A DNA stretch of 63,995 bases, the filler included, from Dugesia japonica (taxonomy: Eukaryota): assembly GCA_001938525.1 (NCBI GenBank). It is 6 parts of 6 records of this genome, joined end to end, with 100 filler letters (N's around TTAATTAATTAA, not from the genome) between each part and the next. Parts side by side here need not be neighbours in the genome. Positions count along the whole stretch, not along the records: positions 1 to 9,849 come from MQRL01475954.1; positions 9,950 to 23,049 come from MQRL01262468.1; 4 more parts are not named here. The stretch is one strand, 5' to 3'. Each line of letters begins with the position of its first letter. Positions within the stretch are counted from its first letter, which is position 1. Shown here piece after piece: positions 1 through 11,583 of this stretch. The notes beneath the pieces were generated by a model that saw nothing but the letters and a program-made list of their open reading frames with translations, had not been told where the DNA came from and searched no databases. A program made the position numbers and the translations under genes.

Positions 1-345
1 AGAAATTACTAATACTGCTAATTGATGGTAGTTTTGTTGAATAGTCAAAAGATCTTGGACAATTTGATCATTTTCCACTATGTCTTTTGCTTGTGATACC
101 AAGGAACCTTAATCATCATTAAGTTAGTTAAATTGACATAAAAATGCAGTTATTGACTTTATTGACCTAATAACTCTTTATAGAAGAGGCGTAAATAGTT
201 ATAAATCACATATTTGAGTTTTTCTCAAAAAATTAAATCTGAATTTTCAAGTTGACTTTATTGACTTTTTGTGGCCCTAGTAATTATATTATAATTAATA
301 ATAATAATTTATAATTATAATTTATTATTTAAATTATATTATTTA

Positions 346-381
<36 letters not shown>

Positions 382-599
382 TGCATTGTATTACAATTGT
401 TGTTTTATTATATTTCAAGATAAAAAAATTAAAATTCCGTGACAGAATGATAGAAGAATTCAAAAAATATATTAATTTAAATACCCAAAATAATTTTAAA
501 ATTTATTAAATCTAAAAGTGGAAACCAAACTAAGTTTATCTTTTTTTCAAACGTGTCAGTATACAAAATAGCATTTTTATGCGTTTATTTACAAAATGC

Positions 600-807
600 T
601 ACTTTTTTGTTTTCTATTTTTGTTTTATTAAACTATTTTAATTCTATTTTGTATATTTTCCAAATTTTAATTCTTTTTTGTAAATAAACGCAAAAAAAAC
701 AAAATAGCATTTTTTGCGTTTCTTTACAAAATAGAATTAAAATTTTGAAAATATACAAAATAGAATTAAAATAGTTTAATAAAACAAAAAGAGAAAACGA
801 AAAAGTA
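600..807. repeat. Long imperfect inverted repeat (fold-back, ~98-bp arms, ~11-nt loop)
   Basis: 600-698 is the reverse complement of 710-807 with about 5 mismatches. 563-597 is also a direct repeat of 699-733. Confidence 0.9.
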
Positions 808-1217
808 CACATTTGATCAATATTTATTGAAAAGAAATTACCAACTGCTTTCCCTATAATCGTATCAATGCATCAAATAGTTTTGGTTCAAAATAGTCGT
901 GTAAGACCAATTTACTTGTTAGGAAATAACAGAGTTTGTCCAATCTTTGTAAAGTTTTAACTATTTTAATGCAATTNNNNNNNNNNNNNNNNNNNNNNNN
1001 NNNNNNNNNNNNNNNNNNNNNNNNNNNNNNNNNNNNNNNNNNNNNTTTTGAAATATACGAAAAATAAAAAAATAATTTTAATTTTACTATCGATATTCAT
1101 TGTCAAACAATGTTTCTAGAATTGTCTTACAAAAGATAAACTGAGTAGTATAGTTCACATTTGAAATATAAATTTACAAATAAAATAATCAATATTTAAA
1201 AGTATTAATAATCTTAC

Positions 1218-3406
1218 TTGTATGAACCTTCTGTATTAATACAATTTTGTTGACAAGATTTCTTATATACTTTACACTCATTTATGTCTTCATCACAACG
1301 AATTCCTTTAAAACCAGGTTTACAAATGCATTTTGAATTGGAACAATGACCGTGAACACAATCTAATTCTGCGCAAGTGTTCTTTTTAATAGGAATACAT
1401 GATCTACTATTACTAGTCAACTGATACCCAGATTGACAACCACAATGAAATGAACCAAATGTATTTATACAAAATTGTTGACATAACGTTTTATTGTCGC
1501 ACTCATTGATATCGTTTTCACATCTGGCACCAAAAAATCCAATTGGGCAAATGCAATTTCCATTAATGCATTTACCTCGGACACAAATTGGACATTGCAG
1601 TTTTTTACATGATTTGTTATCTGGCATTAATTGAAAANCATCAAAACATGAACATAAATATGAGCCATCAATATTTTTACATATTTGATCGCATTTATGA
1701 GTTTTATTATTACATTCATCGATATCAATTTCACAATTACTTCCGGTATATCCTTCATTGCAAATACATTGATCTTCTTGGCAAATACCATTGACACATT
1801 TACAGTCTTTTGTGCACGATATACCGTCTGATAATAATTTATATCCCGACCAACAAGAACAAACCATACGATCGTTTATATTTGTACAATTGTGTTGACA
1901 TGGTGAATAAAAATGACAAAAATTTACATTTTCACAATTGGCTCCAGTAAAACCCGGTTGACAAATACATTTATTATTTTCACACCATCCATTGTTTTGG
2001 CAGTTGTTTTTACATGGTTTCGACAAACAAGTTTTTCTGTCAGCTTGTAAAGAATATCCTAAATGACATTGACATTCATATTTTCCTGGTAAATTTACAC
2101 AAATTTGTTCACATTTGTGACTATATTTACATTCATCAATATCAATAGAACAATCCTCTCCATGCCAACCTGAAAAACAATAACAAATCCCATTTATACA
2201 ATCTCCATTTTCACTACAACTTTTCAAACAGTTTTTAACGCACTTTCCATTGGATAATAAATTAAATCCATTTAAACAACTGCATTTGTAAGAACCAATT
2301 GTATTGACACAAATTTGTTGACATTGTTGTAATTTACATTCATCAATATCTTCATTACAAAGTTTACCTTGCCATCCTGATTTGCATTCACATGTATTGC
2401 CATTAATATTCAATGTACCAATATTTGAACATTGATCTTTCTCACAGGATCTTCCATCGATTTTTAAAAAGTATCCAACAGTACATTTACACTGAAAATT
2501 ATTTTTATCTTGACTAATACATAGTTGTTCACAGGTTTTATTTCCCATTTGTCCGGGAGAGCATGAATTGATTTCCGATTGACAATCATCTCCTTCAAAA
2601 CCTTCAGTACATTGGCATTTGCCTAGTATGCAAATACCGCCATTTTTACAACTAGGTTTACAGGTTTGTACTTGAACACAATTTCTATTGGTTTCTTTTA
2701 ATCCACAAACACAATTAAAATCGTTAATTCTTTTATCGAAAATACAACCATGCACACAAAATATTAGTTTTTTTCGCTTACATAATTCAGCTTCTAATAT
2801 TGAACATTTTTCTCCATACCAACCCGTTTCACAGTAACATTTACCTTTAATACAAATTCCATTCTCTCCACAACTTGGAATACAATTGTCATCTGCCATT
2901 TCATTTACACATACAACTTCTGATCCAAATATTACAGATTTTTGTCCTACACCACACTTTGAATTATTTATTGGACAAAGTCTTGAATTGGAAAAACAAT
3001 TTGATTGACTACACGGGTCGTGATTACATCGTCTTGGATAACAAAACGGTGGTTTGCAAGGCGAATTTGGAAATTCATTAGGAAAATAATTAGGATATGA
3101 TTCTATCCGATTCTTATAAGTCCAATATTTTCCAATATCATCCCAAACATATTCATTAAATTGAGATTTTTTCTGTTTTCTAACTAATTTTCTTTTTCTA
3201 AATGACAAAATCGTAACTGGATTCTTTGTTGACAATTTCTCATTAATTGGAAATTGAATTAAATCGAATTTGAAAAATCGATTTCGATCCGATATAATTT
3301 TCTGATTTTTTCCAGCTTTGAAATAATTATTCAAATCATAAGTAGAAATTAAATAGACATTCAACAAAATTAAAGTGAAAATACAATTTTTAAAATAACT
3401 TTTCAT
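1218..3406 (-). CDS. Secreted multi-EGF protein with alternating tenascin-type and calcium-binding EGF modules; first large coding exon, 3' end incomplete
   Basis: 730-aa ORF with a hydrophobic N-terminus (MKSYFKNCIFTLILLNVYLIS). Repeated DIDEC/DINEC...C.N..GSY.C.C and C...G.C..G.C.C..G..G..C modules. The ORF stops mid-module at a GTAAG splice donor (1217). Confidence 0.9.
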
Positions 3407-4259
3407 TAAAATTATGATTAATTTAAATTTATTTTGTAGAAAAATAAAATTGTAAATTAAAACTTACATTAACATATGGAATGAATTGACTCTGTAAAAG
3501 CAAATGAAAATTGTGATTGATTTTATTTATTAATTCGTTGGGTTGATTACTGATTCAGATTTCACTGCCGATTGAAATTGTGGTGTGGTTTTTTTCTGGA
3601 ATTATTTCATGCTATCAATTTTAACATCACCACACATTGATCTGTTTTATTTTTGTTTATATTAAATCAATTAATCATAGGGCTCGTAATTTCTTTTTTT
3701 TTAATATAAACGATTATTGAACGTAGATTTCATTGAAACAACATTCCAATGCGTATTTTGTTTTTGAAAAAATTAATAATTTTATTAAATTTATATAATC
3801 AATTGTAATTGATAATTAAAAGAATTTAATTATAATTTTTATTTTGAGATACGTTTTAAAGTATTTTTGTTAAAATGAATTCATCACGTAATCATTCGGG
3901 TTTTTAATATATTAAACTTATTAAGTAGAAAGACCTTCCCTAGTGGCAAAATTTAGGGTGCTATGAAAACAGATGTTTTAAATGCTGATCCAGAATTTCA
4001 TTGTAAAAACGGTAGTGTAATTTGCATTTAAGTCACACGTAACAGTAAAAAATTGTTGGAGATTTAAAATTTAAAAGCGGTCTAGAACCTCCATTTTGAA
4101 TTTTTTGAACTCTAAACCTATAGACATTTAAAAGTTACCTATAATTGTCTTAAGAACTACTAAAGTAAAGTGTTCCGTTACCGAGAAATTTTAAATGACA
4201 AATAAGATATTTTGTGAATTACACACAAAAAAGCGTAAACTATTGGTTGTTTAATATAT

Positions 4260-4700
4260 TAATTTTTAAAAAAAATTTTAAATTATTATCATTGAAGTTG
4301 GCCATTTTTGAATAATTTTGATGGTCATTTTCTGAATATGTTTTATTAAATCATTCATATTTTTAAAACATTTTAATCTTTAATAAATTTTCAATAAAAT
4401 AAATGCAAATCTGTGTCATCAGTTTTGAAATTTAAAATTCAAAATTTTGAGAATAATACTCAAACAAACAAATAAACATACACCATTTTATTTTTAATAT
4501 ATTAATTGAAATTTTAAATTTCAAAATTTTGAGAATAACACGCAAACAAACAAATCAACATACACCATTTTGTTTTTAATATATTAATTGAAATTTTAAA
4601 AATTATAATAAAAAACTGCAATTTTTGAAATTTAAAAATTTGAGCAACACGCACAAACAAACATACCTCTGGGTTTTTGTAATTATATTAATAATTAAAT
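4260..4700 (+). repeat. Dispersed AT-rich repeat with tandem AAACAAACAAACATACACCA subunits, copy 1
   Basis: Three internal ~75-100 bp units at 4440-4700. Clear similarity to 42480-42970 and 45465-45880. Confidence 0.75.
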
Positions 4701-5699
4701 TGCCAACAACTCTCGTATACTTTATTTGCCTTGTTTTATGAAATTTAATTTATCTGAATTTAATCACTCAGGATTTTTTGGTGAATTCTTACAGAATCAT
4801 TTATTAGAATGATTTGGCATCATTTGAAATGATTTGTGGTTTTTACTTTTTTTTAATCTACCGCATTCATTTAATGTCATTATTTTAGGGTATTATCGGA
4901 TTTACAAATATTTGAATTTACTTAGGTACTTTTTCAATTTTGCATTAATTTTAGTTCAGAAAAAATATTTTAATTAATTATTTGGTGGGTAATTCGAATA
5001 AAGTATTTGGTTAATATTTTGGAGGGCAATTAATAAAAATTACTTTTAGTTTTGTAAATTCATCTTGAGTGTTTTAAATATTTTTTTTTNACTATTGAAA
5101 TGTTTGAACCGGAAGAAGCAAATAGTGAAGAAGACATTGATTCGGAGGCTGTAAATGAATAAATAGTGAAAAATAATGAAGACTGAAATTATTTTAAAAT
5201 AGTTAAAGAAATTAAGAAAATATGTTTTCCAAAAAGAAAAAGAGTTCTTAAAAAAGGTATAAGTTGGTAGATCATCAAACTTACCAGAAATTAAAACTAA
5301 CTTGTACAGATACCACTAGATTTTGAAATTAAATTTATCTCGTTGGAACACCAAAGAAATAATTTTATTAGAAAGTTTGAATCTTATTTAAAAAATGACC
5401 CCACGGGTAGAATTTTAACATGTGTTTTTAGTGTTATTTTTGAATATGTATGTCGGGGTATACACTACACCTGAGCATCAAATTTCGATTAAATGTAATT
5501 TAACACCTGACTGATTTCAGAACAGTTAAGTCTCTGTGAATTGATTTTTATTAAATAAATAAACATTACTGTTATTTGAATTTAATCAAAGCTCTTCTCA
5601 ATAACCAAAATATATTTGAATTTAATCGCAAATTATTATCTTTAAAATTTTCACCAATTTTCGCAAAATCATAAATTTTCATTCTTTAGCAAATCTGCA

Positions 5700-6640
5700 A
5701 ATTTTACATAAAACTGCGCTCGTTTATATATTGCTCCAAACACACCCACATGCAACTTGACTTTTACAAATATTCACCAATAAAAACGTATCAAATAAAA
5801 TTCAAGAATGATTTGGCCACATTGAAATTCCATTGGTCGCACATCAACTTTCAATTCTCGCTATCAACAGTGGGTTTAGGATTGAAGCGCTTATAATTTT
5901 AAAATAACTCAATTTTCTTTCAAAATTGTTACGTGTAAAATGTTTTATGTTCAAATTAATTATTTTATCTAAATTTAAATATCCAAAGTTTTCAAAATTT
6001 TTTTAACTACCTTCTCATCTAAAAAAATAATTTCGCATTATTTATTATGATTTGTGATGTAGTTCCACAGTGGATCTTAAAACTTGTTTGGAGATTTAAT
6101 ATCGATGGACAGTTGAAGATAGTATTTGTCATATTAAACAGCCGATATCGATTGCGTCATCTACCCTAGTTAAGATCTTTAAACTGTTGAGAACCTATGA
6201 CTCCAACTTTTTTTTGAGGCATCCAATTAAATTCGGAGGGGGAAATGTTGTATTTTAAATTAATGAAAGCTCATTTTGTCATAAACAAAAGTATCACCGA
6301 GCCAGTTTCAGATTCTTAAATATGGGTATTTAAGATTGTTAATTGCAGTCCAGGTAGCATTATCTATAGTGATGAGTGGAGAGCTTCTTGTTCACTTGCT
6401 TCACTGGGATATATAAACCTAACAGTTAACCATAAAATGAACTTAATTAACCCTCGAATAGGAGATGATACCCAGAATTTCGAATCATATTGGAATAAAC
6501 AAAAATATACCGTTGTAAAAATATGCTAGGAATTAGAAAAGAATGTTTACAAGATTATCTTAATAAATTTATCTGGCTAGATAATGTCATTAGAGATCCA
6601 TTGGATAAATTACTTTAGGTAATAAAAGAAAATTGGAATA
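5700..6640 (+). mobile_element. Merlin (IS1016/ISXO2-like) DDE transposase remnant
   Basis: Frame-disrupted motifs FGGGNVVF*INES..HKQKYHR, PGSIIYSDEWRA, TVNHK and DTQNFESYWNKQK. Possible partial TIRs (ttaaaaaatgaccc) near 5388 and 6700. Confidence 0.8.
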
Positions 6641-6779
6641 AATAAACTGAAATAAATAACGTTTTTCGTTTAAAAGTTTTTTAACATTTGTAATTTTTAG
6701 GGTCATTTTTTTAACATGTGCACTTTTAACATCGATTTTAAATTTGATCCGAAAGTTTGATATGAAAGTAAATTATTCG

Positions 6780-7135
6780 ATAAATTGAAACATGTCAAGA
6801 TGCAATTCGGAATTAGTTTTGAAGTTATGTAGGACGGCGAAACTACAATTTGTGGAATCTCAAATCGTGCTGTTCTTCTAAGCAAAGCATTTGAAGACTG
6901 AATTAAATCTTCTAATGAGAAAATAACGATTAAAAATAAAATTGGATCAAGTCGGATACTCAGTCGTATTTTGGAAATCGATTTCAAAATTATTAAGTTA
7001 AAATTATCAGTTGGCTTTTTAAAAATAGTTATATTCCGACCGCAAAAACCATATATAATAAAAAAAGCAATTCTTAATGTCAAGAACAGCAACAATAGGT
7101 GCTTCATATTCAGAATTATTGGTATTGATACATCC
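6780..7135 (+). pseudogene. Maverick/Polinton-type protein fragment (region usually found N-terminal of pPolB)
   Basis: LKHVKMQFGI...GSSRILSRILEIDFKI...KKAILNVKNSNNRCF matches the KKAxINxxNxDxxCF motif. Homologous to 45140-45360. Confidence 0.6.
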
Positions 7136-7408
7136 AAACTAGTATTCAATGAGAATGAGTTTTTTAAGAAACTTTTTATAGAACTTTGTCATGTTACACA
7201 TCATTGGAAGCTGGATTTTATGTTTATCAAGAATATTATAGTTAAACAATCGCTGGAACTTATCCATAACAAATTAAATGGAAAACATTAACAAGGCAAA
7301 TATAATAAACAATAAAATAACAATATTACTTATAACAAGATAAAAAAAACAATTCTTTTAAAAAATTTTATTGTTTTTCAAAAATATTTACCACCAAAAA
7401 ATAAATAT

Positions 7409-8430
7409 TTACAAGTAATGTCCATATGCTACACTGCAAAACCTTTTGTAATTGAAGGGATCTAATGCTTTCTTTTTTGTTTGAATGGTAAACATTTGAT
7501 GGTTCACTGTTCCAATTCTGCTTAGAGCTACCTGTTTTTCTTTACCCTTCTCATATGCATCTATATAGTCTTGATGGCTGACATTGATTTGCTTTCCTTT
7601 TCGACGTTGTTGTTTCATCTGTTTGAAAAGAATATGATTTTTGGCGAAGAAATATAAATTCTTTGAAATTGGACAGACTTATTTCCATCCTTGAACTTTT
7701 CAATGACTGGTGTTAACTGTGTTGAATAGAAGATCGTCTTTCTGAAAATTAGTACTACCTTAAAGCTTGTCTTGAATCATTGCTGGAAGGAGCTGCAGTC
7801 TCGGATCAACATTCTTGCATTCAAAAAAAGCTGTCTGTTTCAGCGACTATGTTAATTTCACAATTAAATCTTTTAATGTACGACTATAATTCCTCATATT
7901 GTAACTTATACATTCTGTACATATGTCCAGAACAGCTTGTNNNNNNNNNNNNNNNNNNNNNNNNNNNNNNNNNNNNNNNNNNNNNNNNNNNNNNNNNNNN
8001 NNNNNNNNNNNNNNNNNTTGAATCTTTGAATTGTGGTTTGCTGGCAAATGTTACAAGCTTCTTTTCATTGTTAAACAGCCTAGGATTTATACGCTTTTTA
8101 ACAGTTTTTCCATACAAACTGTTCTTTAATTTGAAAAAATCTTTCTCAAAGTTATTATTTGATTGAGATCGTTTTTCTGAATTTAAACCGATGTACGACT
8201 TGAAAACAAAGCAGTGATTAAACGCTTCAGCCTGATGAACTTTATCCACTTTTGCACCCAATTCCTAAAAAATAGAAGAAATCTATAATGTATTACATAA
8301 TTATTCTTCACTTCTTGTATTAATTGGAGCAAGTGGCAGTTCGTCTAACTTGTCATGCTCTTCTGAAGGAATTGACAAGTCAAACCCAAAAACAAGTCCA
8401 CATTTTTCTTTCTCTGTATTCATTTAACAT
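7409..8430 (-). pseudogene. Maverick/Polinton-type protein-primed DNA polymerase B, C-terminal remnant
   Basis: Motifs HDKLDELPLAP, YIGLNSEKRSQSNNNFEKDFFKLKNSLYGKT and KG...HQDY...NHQMFTIQTKKKALDPFNYKR...YGHY, with frameshifts and an N gap. Confidence 0.85.
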
Positions 8431-8556
8431 TAACAGTCAACATAATTCTAAGATGAATTTATCTTTACTTTATATCATGATCGTTGGATGATTTTAAGAC
8501 AAGAAAAATGTTAATACGAAAACTATATTGCTGGTATTACATTCATCACCTACAAA

Positions 8557-9090
8557 TCACACGAAAGTCTCTTGAATCTCTACAGTTTCATCCAATCATA
8601 TTAAAACCTGCTGTAACGCCGACTCGATTTTAGTTGTTAATCTCTCAGACATTTTATTGTACTCCTCCACTTCAAATTGCGTAGACCGTACTTTCTGCAT
8701 TAGTTTTTGTTGATACTTATTCAGCTCGGTAGACCGAATAAGCAAAGAGATCAGCTCTTTTTCTAGTTGCTCCTGTTGAATCGTTATGTCCGCTATTCGA
8801 TCATTAAATATCTGTTCTTGTTGGTATACTTTTTGTTGTAGATCGTCGAGTAGAATTATCTTCTGCTTGAGTGCCTCCTCATGCTTATGCATTAACTCTC
8901 TCATTGTTCAAAGCTCTTGTTCCTTTTGCCGCATGCAATCCTGTGTGATCCACCACGGATCTAAATCAGTACCGTATTCTGCAATTGAATCACATAGGCT
9001 CGGCATATCGTTTGCAAGGTTTGATTGGAAGACTGATCCATCTGGTTTCAATGATTCTTCAGCCACAGTTTTAGTAATTGCGTTAAACAT
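8557..9090 (-). pseudogene. Unknown coiled-coil gene ORF-A, copy 1 (in-frame stops)
   Basis: MFNAITKTVAEESLKPDG...MPSLCDSIAEYGTDLDPWWITQD...KELISLLIRSTE...KIESALQQVLI aligns by eye with 21344-21877 and 40368-40889. Confidence 0.8.
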
Positions 9091-9849
9091 TCTAAGTAAC
9101 AACAAAATTTATTGGCATTTATTAACTTTCAATAATACATAATACTCCTAACAATCTTTAATAATATTAACTTATCAAAACCAAATGTAATTTAAGAAAG
9201 AAGATATAAAATTACTGTTGACCAATCGACGATCCTTCATTATTGCGAATGAGGTTGGATTCTCTGTCACTACTCACAATAATTTTCACCTTCAATAAAT
9301 TATTAGATCTTTCATATTGATGATTCCTTTCTATTATCTATTAATAATCTTTGTTCAACTTTATTATCATGCGCATATTCGTGTATTTTATTGAGAGACA
9401 TACATCTTCCTCCGAATAACGACTGATCCATTAGCCAGCTTTGTTATCAATGATATAATCATTTTAAATATTGGTATCATAATTTCTCTAGAATAATAAA
9501 TAAATAACGATTAATAATAAAATGAGTAATATTTTCATAAACATTAACAATATACGTAATATAATAATTAACATAAGCAGTTTAATAAATATTTCACCAG
9601 AGTCAAGATTAATAAGAGTCAGAATNNNNNNNNNNNNNNNNNNNNNNNNNNNNNNNNNNNTCGTAGTCATAGACATTCCACTTTCATATTTTATAACCAT
9701 TTATACACACTATCATTCGTTCATAATTCATCTCTCATATCCTTTTAGATGATCACTTCATTTCACTTCTCGAAACATAATACAACATCTTTCATCTCTC
9801 ACAACTCTCAGTCTTTCATAAACATTTTTCATAAATATCTCAACTTTTT

Positions 9850-9949
9850 NNNNNNNNNNNNNNNNNNNNNNNNNNNNNNNNNNNNNNNNNNNNTTAATTA
9901 ATTAANNNNNNNNNNNNNNNNNNNNNNNNNNNNNNNNNNNNNNNNNNNN
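9850..9949. other. Artificial contig-joining spacer (44N-TTAATTAATTAA-44N); also at 23050-23149, 36772-36871, 45363-45462 and 53656-53755
   Basis: Identical 100-bp layout occurs five times. The 12-mer gives stop codons in all six frames. Confidence 0.97.
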
Positions 9950-10289
9950 ATATATATATATATATTACTTGTAATTTAATAACGATTTCAGTAATATCTT
10001 GGATACGTCTGCAAAGATTCGATGTCACGTTTAGCAAACAGGAATTTTACTAGGTTTAATAATCTTTTTCGCATAATAATACAATACGATTATCTATAAT
10101 ACTTAAATAAAGTATTGTGACTGTAATGAGTTACTATTGTTTATATGAAATAATATTCTCCGCAATAATTATTCATTCTTTATAAATCTTCTTTTATTAG
10201 CATACATAAGTATAAATAATGCAGGTTCATTATTTCAACCGGTCCAATTATTAGTGATTAAAATTATGGCTTTTCTTGCTCAATACTTT

Positions 10290-10740
10290 AATAAAATTTA
10301 ATTTGTTTAAAATTTCATCCAAAGAATTGAAGAATGGTTTCAAAATAATGAACGTAAATGATAAAGAAATGATAAAGCTGATCAGGAAAAAACTTTAGTA
10401 TGATGAATGGATTGGCATTTCTTCCAATTGAAGATGCAATGAATGCATGCTGATTCTTTAAAGAGTTGCTCCAGCGAAACAGAAGGTTTATTATCAAATT
10501 TTGTTAATTAAAAAATCGACCATATACTCACTCCACAAGGGGGTATGACTATTGAGCACATTAGTCCTAAGTTCTCACCTCAAATATGGAATATCCATGA
10601 AGTAACCATCAATGATATTTCAAGAACTAACAATTTTCTGAATGATGAAATCGAATGTTTTCAAGCTTAATTGGGCATCATTCCCTTTAATCTAGAGAGT
10701 TGCAAATCGTAATTTCACAGGCTCAAAATTAATTATTTTA
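10290..10740 (+). mobile_element. MULE/Mutator transposase C-terminal remnant
   Basis: LAFLP-like segment followed by SPKFSPQIWNIHEVTINDISRTNN, matching the PxFPPxxWN...RTNN motif. Confidence 0.7.
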
Positions 10741-11084
10741 CTTGTCATAAAATATTTGACTCCGGGACCACGCTCGCTATTAGCAACATATGCAAGTAAG
10801 TTTATTGTAAAATAAATATACCTCTTATTAACAAATTATTAAAAGTTTCAAGAATTGCATTTAGCTATGAAAAATGATATCATTATTAAACATGCTCAAA
10901 AATAATATGCAGATATGGATGAAAACATAATTCAATTTGTTAGTCTAATTTGAAATTAATATACAAAATATTTTGTATTTTGAATATTTAGCTTTCAATT
11001 TGTGTTAATATTTCTGAAATACTTTTATAAAATTTAAAACTGATCCATACGCATTTTAAAATATAATGGACAAAGAAATAAGTA

Positions 11085-11190
11085 CACTCAAACCTGTTTT
11101 TGTGGGATCTTTTAAATGCAAAATGTTATGCATTTTAATGGTTCGCATAAAAAATACACATAAAAAGTCGCACAAAAACAGGCTTGAGTA
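11085..11190. mobile_element. Small MITE with ~20-bp TIRs (pogo/Tigger-like)
   Basis: cactcaaacctgtttttgtg at 11085 and cacaaaaacaggcttgagta ending at 11190. Preceded by TA. Confidence 0.7.
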
Positions 11191-11307
11191 TGTTAACAAA
11201 TTGTCATTTAATTATTTCCATGTCAAAATACGGTATTTTGTAACAACGTGCAACTGGAAAATTAATAAAACTAAATTATCTCACAAGCTGTTAAATAGAA
11301 AGATCAT

Positions 11308-11583
11308 TTATTCGATTCGAAGTAATTCGATAATTTTAAGTCCTTGTAACTCAGTGCATATATCATTGATAAAGGATAATATATGCCTATCTTTTTCATT
11401 TTTGTTTGATCCAAAAATAAGTGATAAATATATTCTGAGTTCTACTTTACAGACGAAATACGATATTGATCGATGATTATGACCATTTTGTATTAAATGA
11501 GCAACTTTTTTCTGTTGGCCGTCAATCTTTTCTCTGACTAATGACACAGTTAGATAGAGTTCATCTTGGTTAAGAGGAGTGGT
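11308..11583 (-). CDS. KICS2: KICSTOR subunit KICS2/C12orf66-like last coding exon
   Basis: TTTAG acceptor at 11584, then ...SYFVCKVELRIYLSLIFGSNKNEKDRHILSFINDICTELQGLKII*. This resembles the C12orf66 C-terminus as recalled (TYFLTRPEPHFTIVxIFESKKSERDSHFISFLNE). Upstream exons (11620-12240) do not splice cleanly. Confidence 0.5.
   Translation of the reverse strand, partial: TTPLNQDELYLTVSLVREKIDGQQKKVAHLIQNGHNHRSISYFVCKVELRIYLSLIFGSNKNEKDRHILSFINDICTELQGLKIIELLRIE

Noticed and set aside
4440-4700. CRISPR-like repeat-spacer array
   Set aside because: The units are degenerate tandem copies without unique spacers. The context is eukaryotic and there are no cas genes.
6703-7149. 148-aa minus-strand ORF
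   Set aside because: Antisense shadow of the plus-strand Polinton-type fragment.
8786-9142. Plus-strand 118-aa ORF (similarly 21455-21661, 28054-28239, 48486-48776, 51594-51938, 55448-55633)
   Set aside because: Antisense shadows of coding sequence on the opposite strand.
9894-9905. TTAATTAATTAA as a piggyBac target site or biological repeat
   Set aside because: It is always centred in exactly 44+44 Ns, so it is an assembly linker.
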